From the NCBI GenBank assembly GCA_017614375.1, contig JAGABZ010000013.1, forward strand, positions 12,414 to 76,413: a stretch of DNA of 64,000 nt. The letters are read 5' to 3'. Below, piece after piece: positions 9,829 through 18,156 of this stretch. A model generated the notes under the pieces. The model was not told where the DNA came from. It saw only the letters and a list, made by a program, of their open reading frames with translations, and searched no databases. Position 1 is the stretch's first letter. Every line of letters starts with the position of its first letter. The position numbers were made by a program, and so were the translations under genes. Origin of the DNA: Spirochaetales bacterium (GTDB lineage: Bacteria > Spirochaetota > Spirochaetia > Sphaerochaetales > Sphaerochaetaceae).

Positions 9829-10326
9829 TTACCGCTTGCGGAAGAGGACGAACTTTTCCAGGGGGAACAGGGTCAGGGTGTAGACAGCGCCGGCGAACAA
9901 CACCGCCAAAGTCGGGGCGAGCTTGATCAGAAAGGCGCTGCCTGAGTTGATGAAGAAGTTGTTGAGCACACCCTGAACCCAGGTGACCACGAAAATCAGG
10001 ATTACAAGGACGACAAGGTAGACTACAAAGCACCACTTCGGGGCCTCGACCTTGAACGTGGTTTTCTTGTTCTGGATGTACTGATAGGTGTTGGCAACCA
10101 GATTCGAGGTGAAAAAAGGCACAACGTAGCCCCAGTTGCTGTTGCCGCTGCCCATCGTGGTCTCGCTGAATATACCGCTCAGAACCGCCGGAAGCGGGGC
10201 AGTCCAACCGCGCATCAGATAGTATAGGACGTTGACGACAACCAGCTGGATAACGCAGCCGATGCCGCCGACCAGCAGGAACTTTACAAACTGCCAGCCC
10301 GTCCTGTTTTCCTTTGTCTCAGACAT
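9829..10326 (-). CDS. GtrA family membrane protein
   Basis: 'FVKFLLVGGIGCVIQLVVVNVLYY' GtrA-type N-terminus, 4 predicted TM helices. Confidence 0.55.
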   Translation of the reverse strand: MSETKENRTGWQFVKFLLVGGIGCVIQLVVVNVLYYLMRGWTAPLPAVLSGIFSETTMGSGNSNWGYVVPFFTSNLVANTYQYIQNKKTTFKVEAPKWCFVVYLVVLVILIFVVTWVQGVLNNFFINSGSAFLIKLAPTLAVLFAGAVYTLTLFPLEKFVLFRKR

Positions 10327-10338
10327 CCCGAAGCCTTC

Positions 10339-11133
10339 TTACTCCCCTTTCGCGACGGCGGCACTGCCTCTTTTGCGCGTCACGAGCCGATAGACCAGCC
10401 AGTCGACACCCAGCAGCAGAAGCACCGCGGCAACCAGAACCGCCCCGGTAAGCCAGATTGAGTCGGGCAGGAAGTCGAGCATGGCGAAGTTGCCGTGCTT
10501 GAGGTAGAGATAGTGGGCGTCTTCATACTTTCCGTTGAAATAGATGCAGGGAACTGCCAGCAGGAACAGAAAGCCCAGGACCATGAGGATCCCGTACGGG
10601 CGGGGTTCGTACTGATGGACGAACATCATGTAGTATACCCCGATGATCGGCAGCAGGTGCTCGCCCCAGTACTGGTAGTAGCGGTAGTACGTCGGCGGCA
10701 TGGCCGAGATGACGGCGGGGAACAGAATCGGCAGCAGCCCGGCGCTCATGGTCAGAAAAAAGCAGAGCGAGAACAGTTTCTTCGACTCACGCATCATCAT
10801 GAACACGGTGGTGATCAGGGTCCACTGGCAGACCTGCAGAGGCAGAAAGCCCATCATCGTCTTGTCCGGGTCGGTGCCGGGACCGACATAAACCAGGCGC
10901 CAGAAGTATGACATCTCGCAGAGAATCATGATAAAGGCGAAGATGAACCTCAGGTCCTTTTCGTATTTCCAGTTGCGGATTTTGTCTTTAAAACGCCACA
11001 CGAGCACGATCAGCCCTACGGCGACCAGAACCGGCAAGAAATGGGCCGGCGTCCACTGTTTGAACTCACCCAGAGTACCGTAACCGAAAAAACCTGATTT
11101 GAAGTAAATCACTTCACGGGCAATCCCATCCAT
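10339..11133 (-). CDS. YwaF/TIGR02206-like integral membrane protein
   Basis: 264 aa polytopic protein; overall similarity to the YwaF/TMEM164-like intramembrane family by pattern recognition only. Confidence 0.45.
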   Translation of the reverse strand: MDGIAREVIYFKSGFFGYGTLGEFKQWTPAHFLPVLVAVGLIVLVWRFKDKIRNWKYEKDLRFIFAFIMILCEMSYFWRLVYVGPGTDPDKTMMGFLPLQVCQWTLITTVFMMMRESKKLFSLCFFLTMSAGLLPILFPAVISAMPPTYYRYYQYWGEHLLPIIGVYYMMFVHQYEPRPYGILMVLGFLFLLAVPCIYFNGKYEDAHYLYLKHGNFAMLDFLPDSIWLTGAVLVAAVLLLLGVDWLVYRLVTRKRGSAAVAKGE

Positions 11134-11234
11134 ACATCTCCCCTTCGGCCTGTTAAGACCGGACTTATTATTACGCTGCGGGTGGTTTTGGACAAGCCCT
11201 TACCGACTGCCGCCTATGGTGTTATAATTCCACC

Positions 11235-12341
11235 ATGACTTTCGGACTTTACATTCTTTGGGCAGGATGTGTGCTGTGCGCCTTCTGCATCGTGAACCTG
11301 GTCCAGCTCCCGCTCCGCCGGGGCCGTCACCCGGTTCTGACACCGATTCTCATGGCGGTCAAGTTCCTGCTGTCCGTCATCGCCGCACTGATGGAAATCG
11401 CACTGGATACCTGGCTCAGCTGGCACGCGGGCTTCGTCCTGGGGGCCCTGCACATCGCCCTTTTCGCCGATGCCACGGCCGATTTAGTCCTGCTCATCCC
11501 GCTGTACAGGAAAAAACAGCCGCTGGGCAGGAAACTGTTCATCATCGTTTCCCTGGTGCTGACAGTCGCCCTGGCCCTGTACGGGACACTGAACATGCAG
11601 GCCACCGCCCGGGCAAACGAGCACACCTACACCTCGGAGAAGCTGACGAAAGAGCACACCTTCGCCTTCCTCTCCGACCTCCATGTCGGCACGGCCCAGA
11701 GCCCCTCGACAATTGAGCGGAACCTGAAGGCAATCAAGGACAGCAACCCCGACTTCATAGTCCTCGGAGGCGACATCACCGACGAGTTCACCAAAAAAGA
11801 GGAGATGCAGGACATCTACAGACAGCTCGGCGCCCTGGGCATCCCGGTGTACTTCGTCTACGGCAACCACGACAGGCAGGCCCACAACGACCTGGCCGGG
11901 GGCAGACAGTACACCCCGGAGGACCTCGAGCAGGCCCTGGAGGCAAACGGCATCATCATCCTCAAAGATCGCTGGGTCAGGATTTCGGACGACCTGGTCC
12001 TGCTCGGAAGGGAGGATGTAACCGTCGATACCAGATTGGAGGTGTCGCAGCTTCAGAGCAGACCTGAGGGCACCTATGTAGTCAGCGTCGACCACGCCCC
12101 GTTCCAGCTGCAGGACATCATCGATACCAAGGCCGATTTGCAGATGTCCGGCCACACCCACGCCGGGCAGATGTTCCCGCTTCAGGCGATGTACAACCTC
12201 CTCGGGTACGATGCCCTGGGTGACTTCCGCTACGGGGACACCACGGTCTGCGTCTCGGCGGGAATCTCAGGCTGGGGCATCCCCTACCGGACCGAATCGA
12301 ACTGTGTTTACGAACTGGTTCATCTGGTTCCTGCCAGATAA
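11235..12341 (+). CDS. membrane-anchored metallophosphoesterase (calcineurin-like)
   Basis: N-terminal TM helices then 'FLSDLHVG', 'GGDITD', 'GNHD', 'GHTH' phosphoesterase motifs. Confidence 0.8.
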   Translation: MTFGLYILWAGCVLCAFCIVNLVQLPLRRGRHPVLTPILMAVKFLLSVIAALMEIALDTWLSWHAGFVLGALHIALFADATADLVLLIPLYRKKQPLGRKLFIIVSLVLTVALALYGTLNMQATARANEHTYTSEKLTKEHTFAFLSDLHVGTAQSPSTIERNLKAIKDSNPDFIVLGGDITDEFTKKEEMQDIYRQLGALGIPVYFVYGNHDRQAHNDLAGGRQYTPEDLEQALEANGIIILKDRWVRISDDLVLLGREDVTVDTRLEVSQLQSRPEGTYVVSVDHAPFQLQDIIDTKADLQMSGHTHAGQMFPLQAMYNLLGYDALGDFRYGDTTVCVSAGISGWGIPYRTESNCVYELVHLVPAR

Positions 12342-12362
12342 AGGCAAAAGAGAGGCCAAACC

Positions 12363-12929
12363 ATGACGGCGTCTGTGATAATCAACTTCATAATCGTTCT
12401 GGGGACCCTGGTGATCTTCTTCGGCGCCCTGGCAAAGAAACTGTTCGGAACCGCCATCCGGTACTTCACCGTCCAGTCGAACTTCCTCTGCGGCGCGGTC
12501 TGCCTGCTTGCCGCCCTCTACGGACTGAAAGGGGAAATCCCGTTCTGGGTCTCGACGCTCAAGTACATCGGCACCTGCGCCGTCACCGTCACCTTCGTCA
12601 CCGTATTCGCGTACCTGGGACCGCGCTTTCACAACTGGGACGTGCTCCTGCGCGACGGAAACCTTTGGATGCACCTCTTCTGTCCGGTTCTGGCCATCGT
12701 TTCCTATCTTTGCTGGGACCGGGTTCCGGCGCCCTTTCCCTACGTCTTTCTGGGAATCCTGCCGATGATACTCTACGGAATCCTGTACTTCTGGAAGGTG
12801 GTCATGGAAAAACCGGAGAAGCGCTGGGACGACCTGTACGGCTTCCAGAACGGCGTGAACTGGAAGACCAGCGCCGCGGCGATGCTCACTCTGGATTTCG
12901 TGCTGAGCCTGGTTTTGTGGGTTCTGTAA
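12363..12929 (+). CDS. Pr6Pr/FAR-17a-AIG1-like six-TM membrane protein
   Basis: 'RYFTVQSN' motif and 6 hydrophobic segments; assignment by motif memory only. Confidence 0.4.
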   Translation: MTASVIINFIIVLGTLVIFFGALAKKLFGTAIRYFTVQSNFLCGAVCLLAALYGLKGEIPFWVSTLKYIGTCAVTVTFVTVFAYLGPRFHNWDVLLRDGNLWMHLFCPVLAIVSYLCWDRVPAPFPYVFLGILPMILYGILYFWKVVMEKPEKRWDDLYGFQNGVNWKTSAAAMLTLDFVLSLVLWVL

Positions 12930-12953
12930 AGCCTTGACCTGAAACCGGAGAAA

Positions 12954-13727
12954 CTACTCCCGGTTCAGGCACCTGTACTTCAGCGGGCTGCCGTCGTTGT
13001 TGTTCCGCCTGAGTTCATAGCGGGTCGGGAAGGCCTCCAGCAGCGTCGAGAGCTTTGAGAAACCGTAGGTGCGGGTGTCGAAATCCGGCTTGGCCCGCTT
13101 GATGTAGTTGCCGGCCAGGCTGACGTCGGCCAGAGCGTTGTCGTCCTGGTAGGAGTCAAAGGCCTTGACCAGAAGGGCGTGGACGTCCTTGGGCACCTTG
13201 GGTTTCTTGACGGGGGCTTTCTTTTCGGCTTCCTTCTGGGCGCTCTTGCTGTCGCCCCGCTCCTGCGCCTCCGGGATTTCCGGCGGTTCGTCATTGGTCA
13301 GGTTTTCCAGGAACAGGAAGTCGTCGCAGGCGTTGCGGAAGGACTCCGGTGTGTTCTGGACTCCGATGCCGACAATCTTGGCCCCCGACTCGCGGAGCCT
13401 GATGGCCAGCGGGGTGAAGTCGCTGTCGCTTGAGACGATGACGAAGCTGTCGTAGGAGTCGGAAGAGAGCAGGTCCATCGCGTCTATGACCAGGGCCATG
13501 TCGGTGGCGTTCTTTCCCGGGACGTAGTCGAACTGCTGCTCCGCCTTTATTCCGAGCCGCTTGAGCTCCTCCTCCCACTTGCTGAGGTTCCGCTTCTTCC
13601 AGTTCCCGTAGGCTCTCTTGACGACGATGCGTCCGCGGGTCGAGACCTCGGTGATTATCGCGTCCAGCTTCTGCAGCTGGGTATTGTCCGCGTCGATGAG
13701 AATTGCAATCTTGTCTGAATCGTTCAT
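12954..13727 (-). CDS. NYN (LabA-like) domain protein with C-terminal OST-HTH/LOTUS domain
   Basis: 'IAILIDADN...RAYGNW...DMALVIDAMDL...FVIVSSDSDFTPL' NYN motifs; Lys-rich linker; C-terminal OST-HTH-like ~70 aa. Confidence 0.75.
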   Translation of the reverse strand: MNDSDKIAILIDADNTQLQKLDAIITEVSTRGRIVVKRAYGNWKKRNLSKWEEELKRLGIKAEQQFDYVPGKNATDMALVIDAMDLLSSDSYDSFVIVSSDSDFTPLAIRLRESGAKIVGIGVQNTPESFRNACDDFLFLENLTNDEPPEIPEAQERGDSKSAQKEAEKKAPVKKPKVPKDVHALLVKAFDSYQDDNALADVSLAGNYIKRAKPDFDTRTYGFSKLSTLLEAFPTRYELRRNNNDGSPLKYRCLNRE

Positions 13728-13833
13728 GGTTCAATGATAGCAACAATCCGCCGTTTGGCAAACGCCCCGGGTCGCAAACCGGTTGATAATCCGGCATTTT
13801 GCCGTCAGAATGGACGCAGTTTACGGAGACACC

Positions 13834-16776
13834 ATGCAATACACCCTCAGGCCCGACCTGTTCAGCGACTTTTCCGTCATAAAGGTCAATGCGCTGCCCG
13901 GACGCAGCTACTTCATCCCCTATCCGCTTTCAGCCCGACCCGAAACAATCCCCGCCACACAGCGCAGATACCGTTCCCCTCTGGTGCGGTGCCTCAACGG
14001 GAAATGGGATTTCAGGTACTTCGCCGACCCGAACGCCCTGGGGCAGACGATCGACACCGACAGGATGATGTTCGGGAGCATCGACGTTCCTTCGGTCTGG
14101 CAGTACCGCGGATACGGCACTCCGATGTATCTCAACGTCCGGTATCCTTTCCCCTACAAACCGCCCGTCATTCCGACGGACCGGCCGGTCGGCAGGTACT
14201 TCTCCATCCTAGACGGTTTCAAAAGGGCCCCGGACAACGAGATGAACAGCACGGGTGTGTACCGGACCTTCTTCGACCTGGAGGAAACGGCCGACAAGCG
14301 GATTGTGATTTCCTTTCTCGGAGTCTGCAGCTGCGTCGAGCTCCACGTGAACGGACAGTTTGCCGGATACAGCGAGGAGTCGCACAACACGGCCGAATTC
14401 GACCTGACCGACCTGGTGCAACCCGGCAGAAACGAGATGGTCTGCGTCGTGCGCCGCTGGTGTAACGGCTCGTATCTGGAATGTCAGGACATGTTCCGCA
14501 ACAATGGCATTTTCCGAGATGTTCTACTCAGAATCACAGACAAAGATGATATCTGGGACATCGATTTCAAGACAAAGAAAGAGAACGGCCGCTACACTGC
14601 AACCATCACGGCGACCGTTGCCGACGGAGTACCCGTCCGGTTCTCGATTAATGGCCACGGCCTGAATCAAAGCACCGAGGTCATCTCCTCCGGCGGCAGG
14701 GCCGAAGCGGTCTTTGAGGATTTGTGCGTCCGGGAGTGGAACGCGGAACAACCCGAACTCTATCTGCTTGGCATCTGCAGTCCCCGGTCGCAGACGGTGC
14801 TGAAAGTCGGGTTCAAGGATGTGCGCATCGACGGCACCCGTTTCACCCTCAACGGTTTCCCGCTGAAGTTCAAAGGGGTCAACCACCACGACACCGACCC
14901 GGACAACGGCTGGTACATGAGCCCGGAGCAGATCCAAAGAGACCTGCGGCTGTGCAAGGAGTACAACATCGACACAATCCGGACCTCGCACTACCCGCCC
15001 GATCCGCTTCTGATCGAGCTGGCCGCCGAGATGGGAATCTACATCATCGACGAGGCCGACATCGAGACCCACGGGGTGCTCTACGGCAAACTCCCGCCCT
15101 CGTTCAACCGGCTGTCGGACAACCCCGGCTGGAAGGAGCACTATCTAAGCCGGATCTGCAACATGTATCAGCGGGACAAGGCCCTGGCCACCCCGGTGGT
15201 GATGTGGAGTCTGGGCAACGAGAGCGGCGCCGGCTGCAACACGGACGCGGCGTACAACTGGCTCAAGGGCGTTTCAGACCTCCCCGTGCACTACGAAGGT
15301 GCGGTCCACTCAAAGCGCAAGGCCTACGATGTGGCCTCGCGCATGTACCCGAAGCCCTCGGAACTTCATGCCGTCAGCAATAATACATGCAAAACCCCGC
15401 AGTTCCAGGACCGCCCGTACTTCATGTGCGAATACGCCCACGCCATGGGAACCGGACCGGGGAACATCGAAGCCTATTGGAATGAAATCTACAACAGCGA
15501 GAACCTCATCGGCGGCTGTGTCTGGGAGATGAACGACCATGCCTTCAGGGAAAAGGACGGGCAGTTTACCTATGGCGGCGACCACGGGGAGTGGATTCAC
15601 GACGGAAACTTCTGCTGCGACGGCCTCTTTTATCCGGACCGCAGGCCGTCTACAGGGGCTCAGATAGTCAGACACGCCTACCGCCCGATCCGGATCCGGC
15701 GGCTTGAGGCCGACAGGTTCACGGTATTCAACACCACCGCCTTTACCCCGGGAAAGGATTTTCTGCTCAAGATCAAAGTCTCCAACGGCCGAAGCTTCGA
15801 TTTCGTACCGCAGGCCGGGCCGCTGGAAACACAATTTGTCCGGTGGGACATCGGCCCTGTCGAGGGGGACTGTTTCCTGACAGCCGAGATCCTGGGCAAA
15901 GACGGGCGCAGCCTGGGAACCGAGCAGATCTGTCTGCACGGGCAGATTCCTTCCGCCCCGCAGACAACCGGGGTATTCCCGCCGTGGGCGGTATGCTGTG
16001 CCGGATTCAACGGGCGTTTCGGAATCAGCACCGGGCGCGGCACCGTTCTTTCCCCAGAAGATCCGTTCACCATTCTCTACAGGGCGGAAACCGACAATGA
16101 CAGCATCAATTTCACCCTCAGGCCGATGCGCAGGTGGTACAAAAACGAAGAGAAGATCATAGCCGGCCAAAATGAGGGCGAAGGCAGAACGGTAATCACC
16201 GAAATCAGGACGGCCGGACGCCTTTTCACATGCAGGGACACTTACCAGGCCTGCATTCTTCCCGACGGCACAAAGGGAATACTGATTACATCGGTGCTCC
16301 ACCCCCACAGCAAAAGGGGATTCATTCCGAGGTTCGGAAAGGTCTTCAGGCTGAGCGAAGACTGTTTCAGCGAGGTGGAATACTTCGGCAGAAGCGGAGA
16401 ATCCTATCCCGATATGAAGGAGCAGTTCCCGATCGGGCTCTGCAGGGTGAAACCTGCGGAGATGGTTGAGCCGAACATCCGTCCGCAGGAGAGCGGACTG
16501 AGGATGGACTGCCGCTGGGCTGCCTTCGGGCCGGTGCGTTTTACGGCAGTGGACGCCCCGTTCGGGCTGTCGGTCAAGACTTGCCCGGACAGCGAACTGA
16601 TCGGGACACGACACCGGGACGACGTGAAGAAAAGCGGGGTGTACGTGACGATAAACGCCTTTCAGCAGGGAATCGGAACTGGAAGCTGCGGGCCGTATGT
16701 GGACCGGCAATACATGTACCCGGCCGACCGGGACTACACGCTGCGCTTTGTAATCAGTCTGGACAGGGAGCAATAG
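13834..16776 (+). CDS. lacZ: GH2 beta-galactosidase (LacZ-like)
   Basis: ~980 aa; LacZ-like N-terminus 'RPDLF...SLNGKWDFRYF'; acid/base 'WSLGNESG' and nucleophile region 'MCEYAHAMGTGPG'; ATG 13834 (ORF track allows 13783). Confidence 0.9.
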   Translation: MQYTLRPDLFSDFSVIKVNALPGRSYFIPYPLSARPETIPATQRRYRSPLVRCLNGKWDFRYFADPNALGQTIDTDRMMFGSIDVPSVWQYRGYGTPMYLNVRYPFPYKPPVIPTDRPVGRYFSILDGFKRAPDNEMNSTGVYRTFFDLEETADKRIVISFLGVCSCVELHVNGQFAGYSEESHNTAEFDLTDLVQPGRNEMVCVVRRWCNGSYLECQDMFRNNGIFRDVLLRITDKDDIWDIDFKTKKENGRYTATITATVADGVPVRFSINGHGLNQSTEVISSGGRAEAVFEDLCVREWNAEQPELYLLGICSPRSQTVLKVGFKDVRIDGTRFTLNGFPLKFKGVNHHDTDPDNGWYMSPEQIQRDLRLCKEYNIDTIRTSHYPPDPLLIELAAEMGIYIIDEADIETHGVLYGKLPPSFNRLSDNPGWKEHYLSRICNMYQRDKALATPVVMWSLGNESGAGCNTDAAYNWLKGVSDLPVHYEGAVHSKRKAYDVASRMYPKPSELHAVSNNTCKTPQFQDRPYFMCEYAHAMGTGPGNIEAYWNEIYNSENLIGGCVWEMNDHAFREKDGQFTYGGDHGEWIHDGNFCCDGLFYPDRRPSTGAQIVRHAYRPIRIRRLEADRFTVFNTTAFTPGKDFLLKIKVSNGRSFDFVPQAGPLETQFVRWDIGPVEGDCFLTAEILGKDGRSLGTEQICLHGQIPSAPQTTGVFPPWAVCCAGFNGRFGISTGRGTVLSPEDPFTILYRAETDNDSINFTLRPMRRWYKNEEKIIAGQNEGEGRTVITEIRTAGRLFTCRDTYQACILPDGTKGILITSVLHPHSKRGFIPRFGKVFRLSEDCFSEVEYFGRSGESYPDMKEQFPIGLCRVKPAEMVEPNIRPQESGLRMDCRWAAFGPVRFTAVDAPFGLSVKTCPDSELIGTRHRDDVKKSGVYVTINAFQQGIGTGSCGPYVDRQYMYPADRDYTLRFVISLDREQ

Positions 16777-16837
16777 CCAAGAACGACGGAAAGGGCTATA
16801 TTGTAGCGGGCGCCTGAAGACGCCGATCGGAGACAAT

Positions 16838-18091
16838 ATGGCATTGCTTTCAAAAAAGAAAATCCCCATCACACTCCTGTGCGGTTACCTGGGAGCGGGC
16901 AAGACGACGCTGCTCAACAGGGTTCTGAACAACCAGCAGGGATACAAGGTCGCCGTCATCGTAAACGACATCGGAGAGGTCAACGTCGATGCCTCGCTGA
17001 TTGCCAAGGGCGGAAACATAACCGACACCAGCGATATCGTGCCGCTGACAAACGGATGCATCTGCTGCACCCTTAAAAGCCAGCTGGCGGCCAACATCGA
17101 GAAGCTCATCAGGACGGGACGCTACGACTACATCCTGATCGAGGCCTCCGGTGTCTGCGAGCCGATGCCGATAGCCCAGGAACTGGAGCTTATCAGAAAC
17201 GGACAGGTGGACAACGTCGTCGGAGTCGTCGATGCGGCCAGACTGGTCGACGAGTTCGCAGGCGGCGAGAATCTGCTTAAGAAGGACTCAATCGAGGAGG
17301 AGGACGTGGAGAGCCTGCTGATCCAGCAGATCGAGTTCTGCTCCACCCTGGTGATAAACAAGACCGACCTGGTCTCCGAGGCGGAACTGGCCAAGGTCAG
17401 AAAGGTTATCCGGGCCCTGCACCCCGGCGTCAGGACCATCGAGACCCACCATGGGGATGTTCCGGTAGGTGACATCCTGGCCACGGGCTCGTTCAACTTC
17501 GACAGCGTCTATGCAGAGGCCGGCTGGTGCCGCGCCCTGGAGGAGGGCGAGCTCGGCTCCGATGATGACGAGCTTCAGGAAGTCTCCCATGAGCACGACG
17601 AACACGAGGAGCACCACGGTCACCACCATCACGACGATGACGACGATGACGATGATGAGCACGGACACCACCACGAACACCATCACGAGCACAGGCACGA
17701 GGGTGAAAGCGAGGACGAATACGGTATCGGTACATTCATCTACTACCGCAGGGTCCCGTTCAACCGCAAGAAACTCAGCGCATATGTAAACACCTGGCCT
17801 AAGGACATCATCCGCTCAAAGGGCCTGGTCTGGTTCGGAGACGAGTACGACACCGCCTATGTTTTCGAGACCTCCGGACGCCAGCTCCTGTGCGGGCCTT
17901 ACGGCAGGTGGGTTGCAGCCGCCCCGGCCCGGGAGAGGGACGCCATCCTGGCGGCGAATCCCCAGATCATCGCCGACTGGGACGGACAGGTCGGAGACAG
18001 GATGGTCAGGCTCTGCATCATCGGGAAGAACCTCGACCGCAAGGGCCTGTCCGAAGCGCTCGACGCCTGTCTGGAGTCAATGGACAAGTGA
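16838..18091 (+). CDS. CobW/G3E-family zinc metallochaperone GTPase with His/Asp-rich insert
   Basis: P-loop 'GYLGAGKTTLLN', 'GCICCTLK' CxCC motif, ~50 aa tract 'HEHDEHEEHHGHHHHDDDDDDDDEHGHHHEHHHEHRHE', CobW C-terminal domain. Confidence 0.85.
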   Translation: MALLSKKKIPITLLCGYLGAGKTTLLNRVLNNQQGYKVAVIVNDIGEVNVDASLIAKGGNITDTSDIVPLTNGCICCTLKSQLAANIEKLIRTGRYDYILIEASGVCEPMPIAQELELIRNGQVDNVVGVVDAARLVDEFAGGENLLKKDSIEEEDVESLLIQQIEFCSTLVINKTDLVSEAELAKVRKVIRALHPGVRTIETHHGDVPVGDILATGSFNFDSVYAEAGWCRALEEGELGSDDDELQEVSHEHDEHEEHHGHHHHDDDDDDDDEHGHHHEHHHEHRHEGESEDEYGIGTFIYYRRVPFNRKKLSAYVNTWPKDIIRSKGLVWFGDEYDTAYVFETSGRQLLCGPYGRWVAAAPARERDAILAANPQIIADWDGQVGDRMVRLCIIGKNLDRKGLSEALDACLESMDK

Positions 18092-18156
18092 CCTTATATG
18101 TGTTAAATAATGAGCAGGGAAACGGGCCCTCGGGGTCCGTTTGACGGAGGCCGACA

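Noticed and set aside
11484-12161. 225 aa antisense ORF inside the metallophosphoesterase gene, plus several 60-190 aa overlapping ORFs (e.g. 11258..11716, 13291..13839, 13734..14465)
   Set aside because: These overlap better-supported genes and give Arg/Pro/Gly-rich translations characteristic of out-of-frame high-GC sequence.
15310-16872. 520 aa ORF antisense to the beta-galactosidase gene
   Set aside because: Shadow ORF in high-GC coding DNA; the sense-strand gene has strong GH2 motifs.
17560-17730. Apparent DNA repeats (cac/gac/gat triplet runs) that could be mistaken for a repeat element or CRISPR-like array
   Set aside because: They are the coding consequence of the His/Asp-rich tract within the CobW-family gene, not a spacer-repeat structure.
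18092-18156. Hairpin 'aaacgg-gccctcggggt-ccgttt' between the CobW-family gene and nadE, as a possible terminator
   Set aside because: No downstream T-tract, and nadE has a GGAGG RBS immediately after. It is more likely an intra-operon structure.
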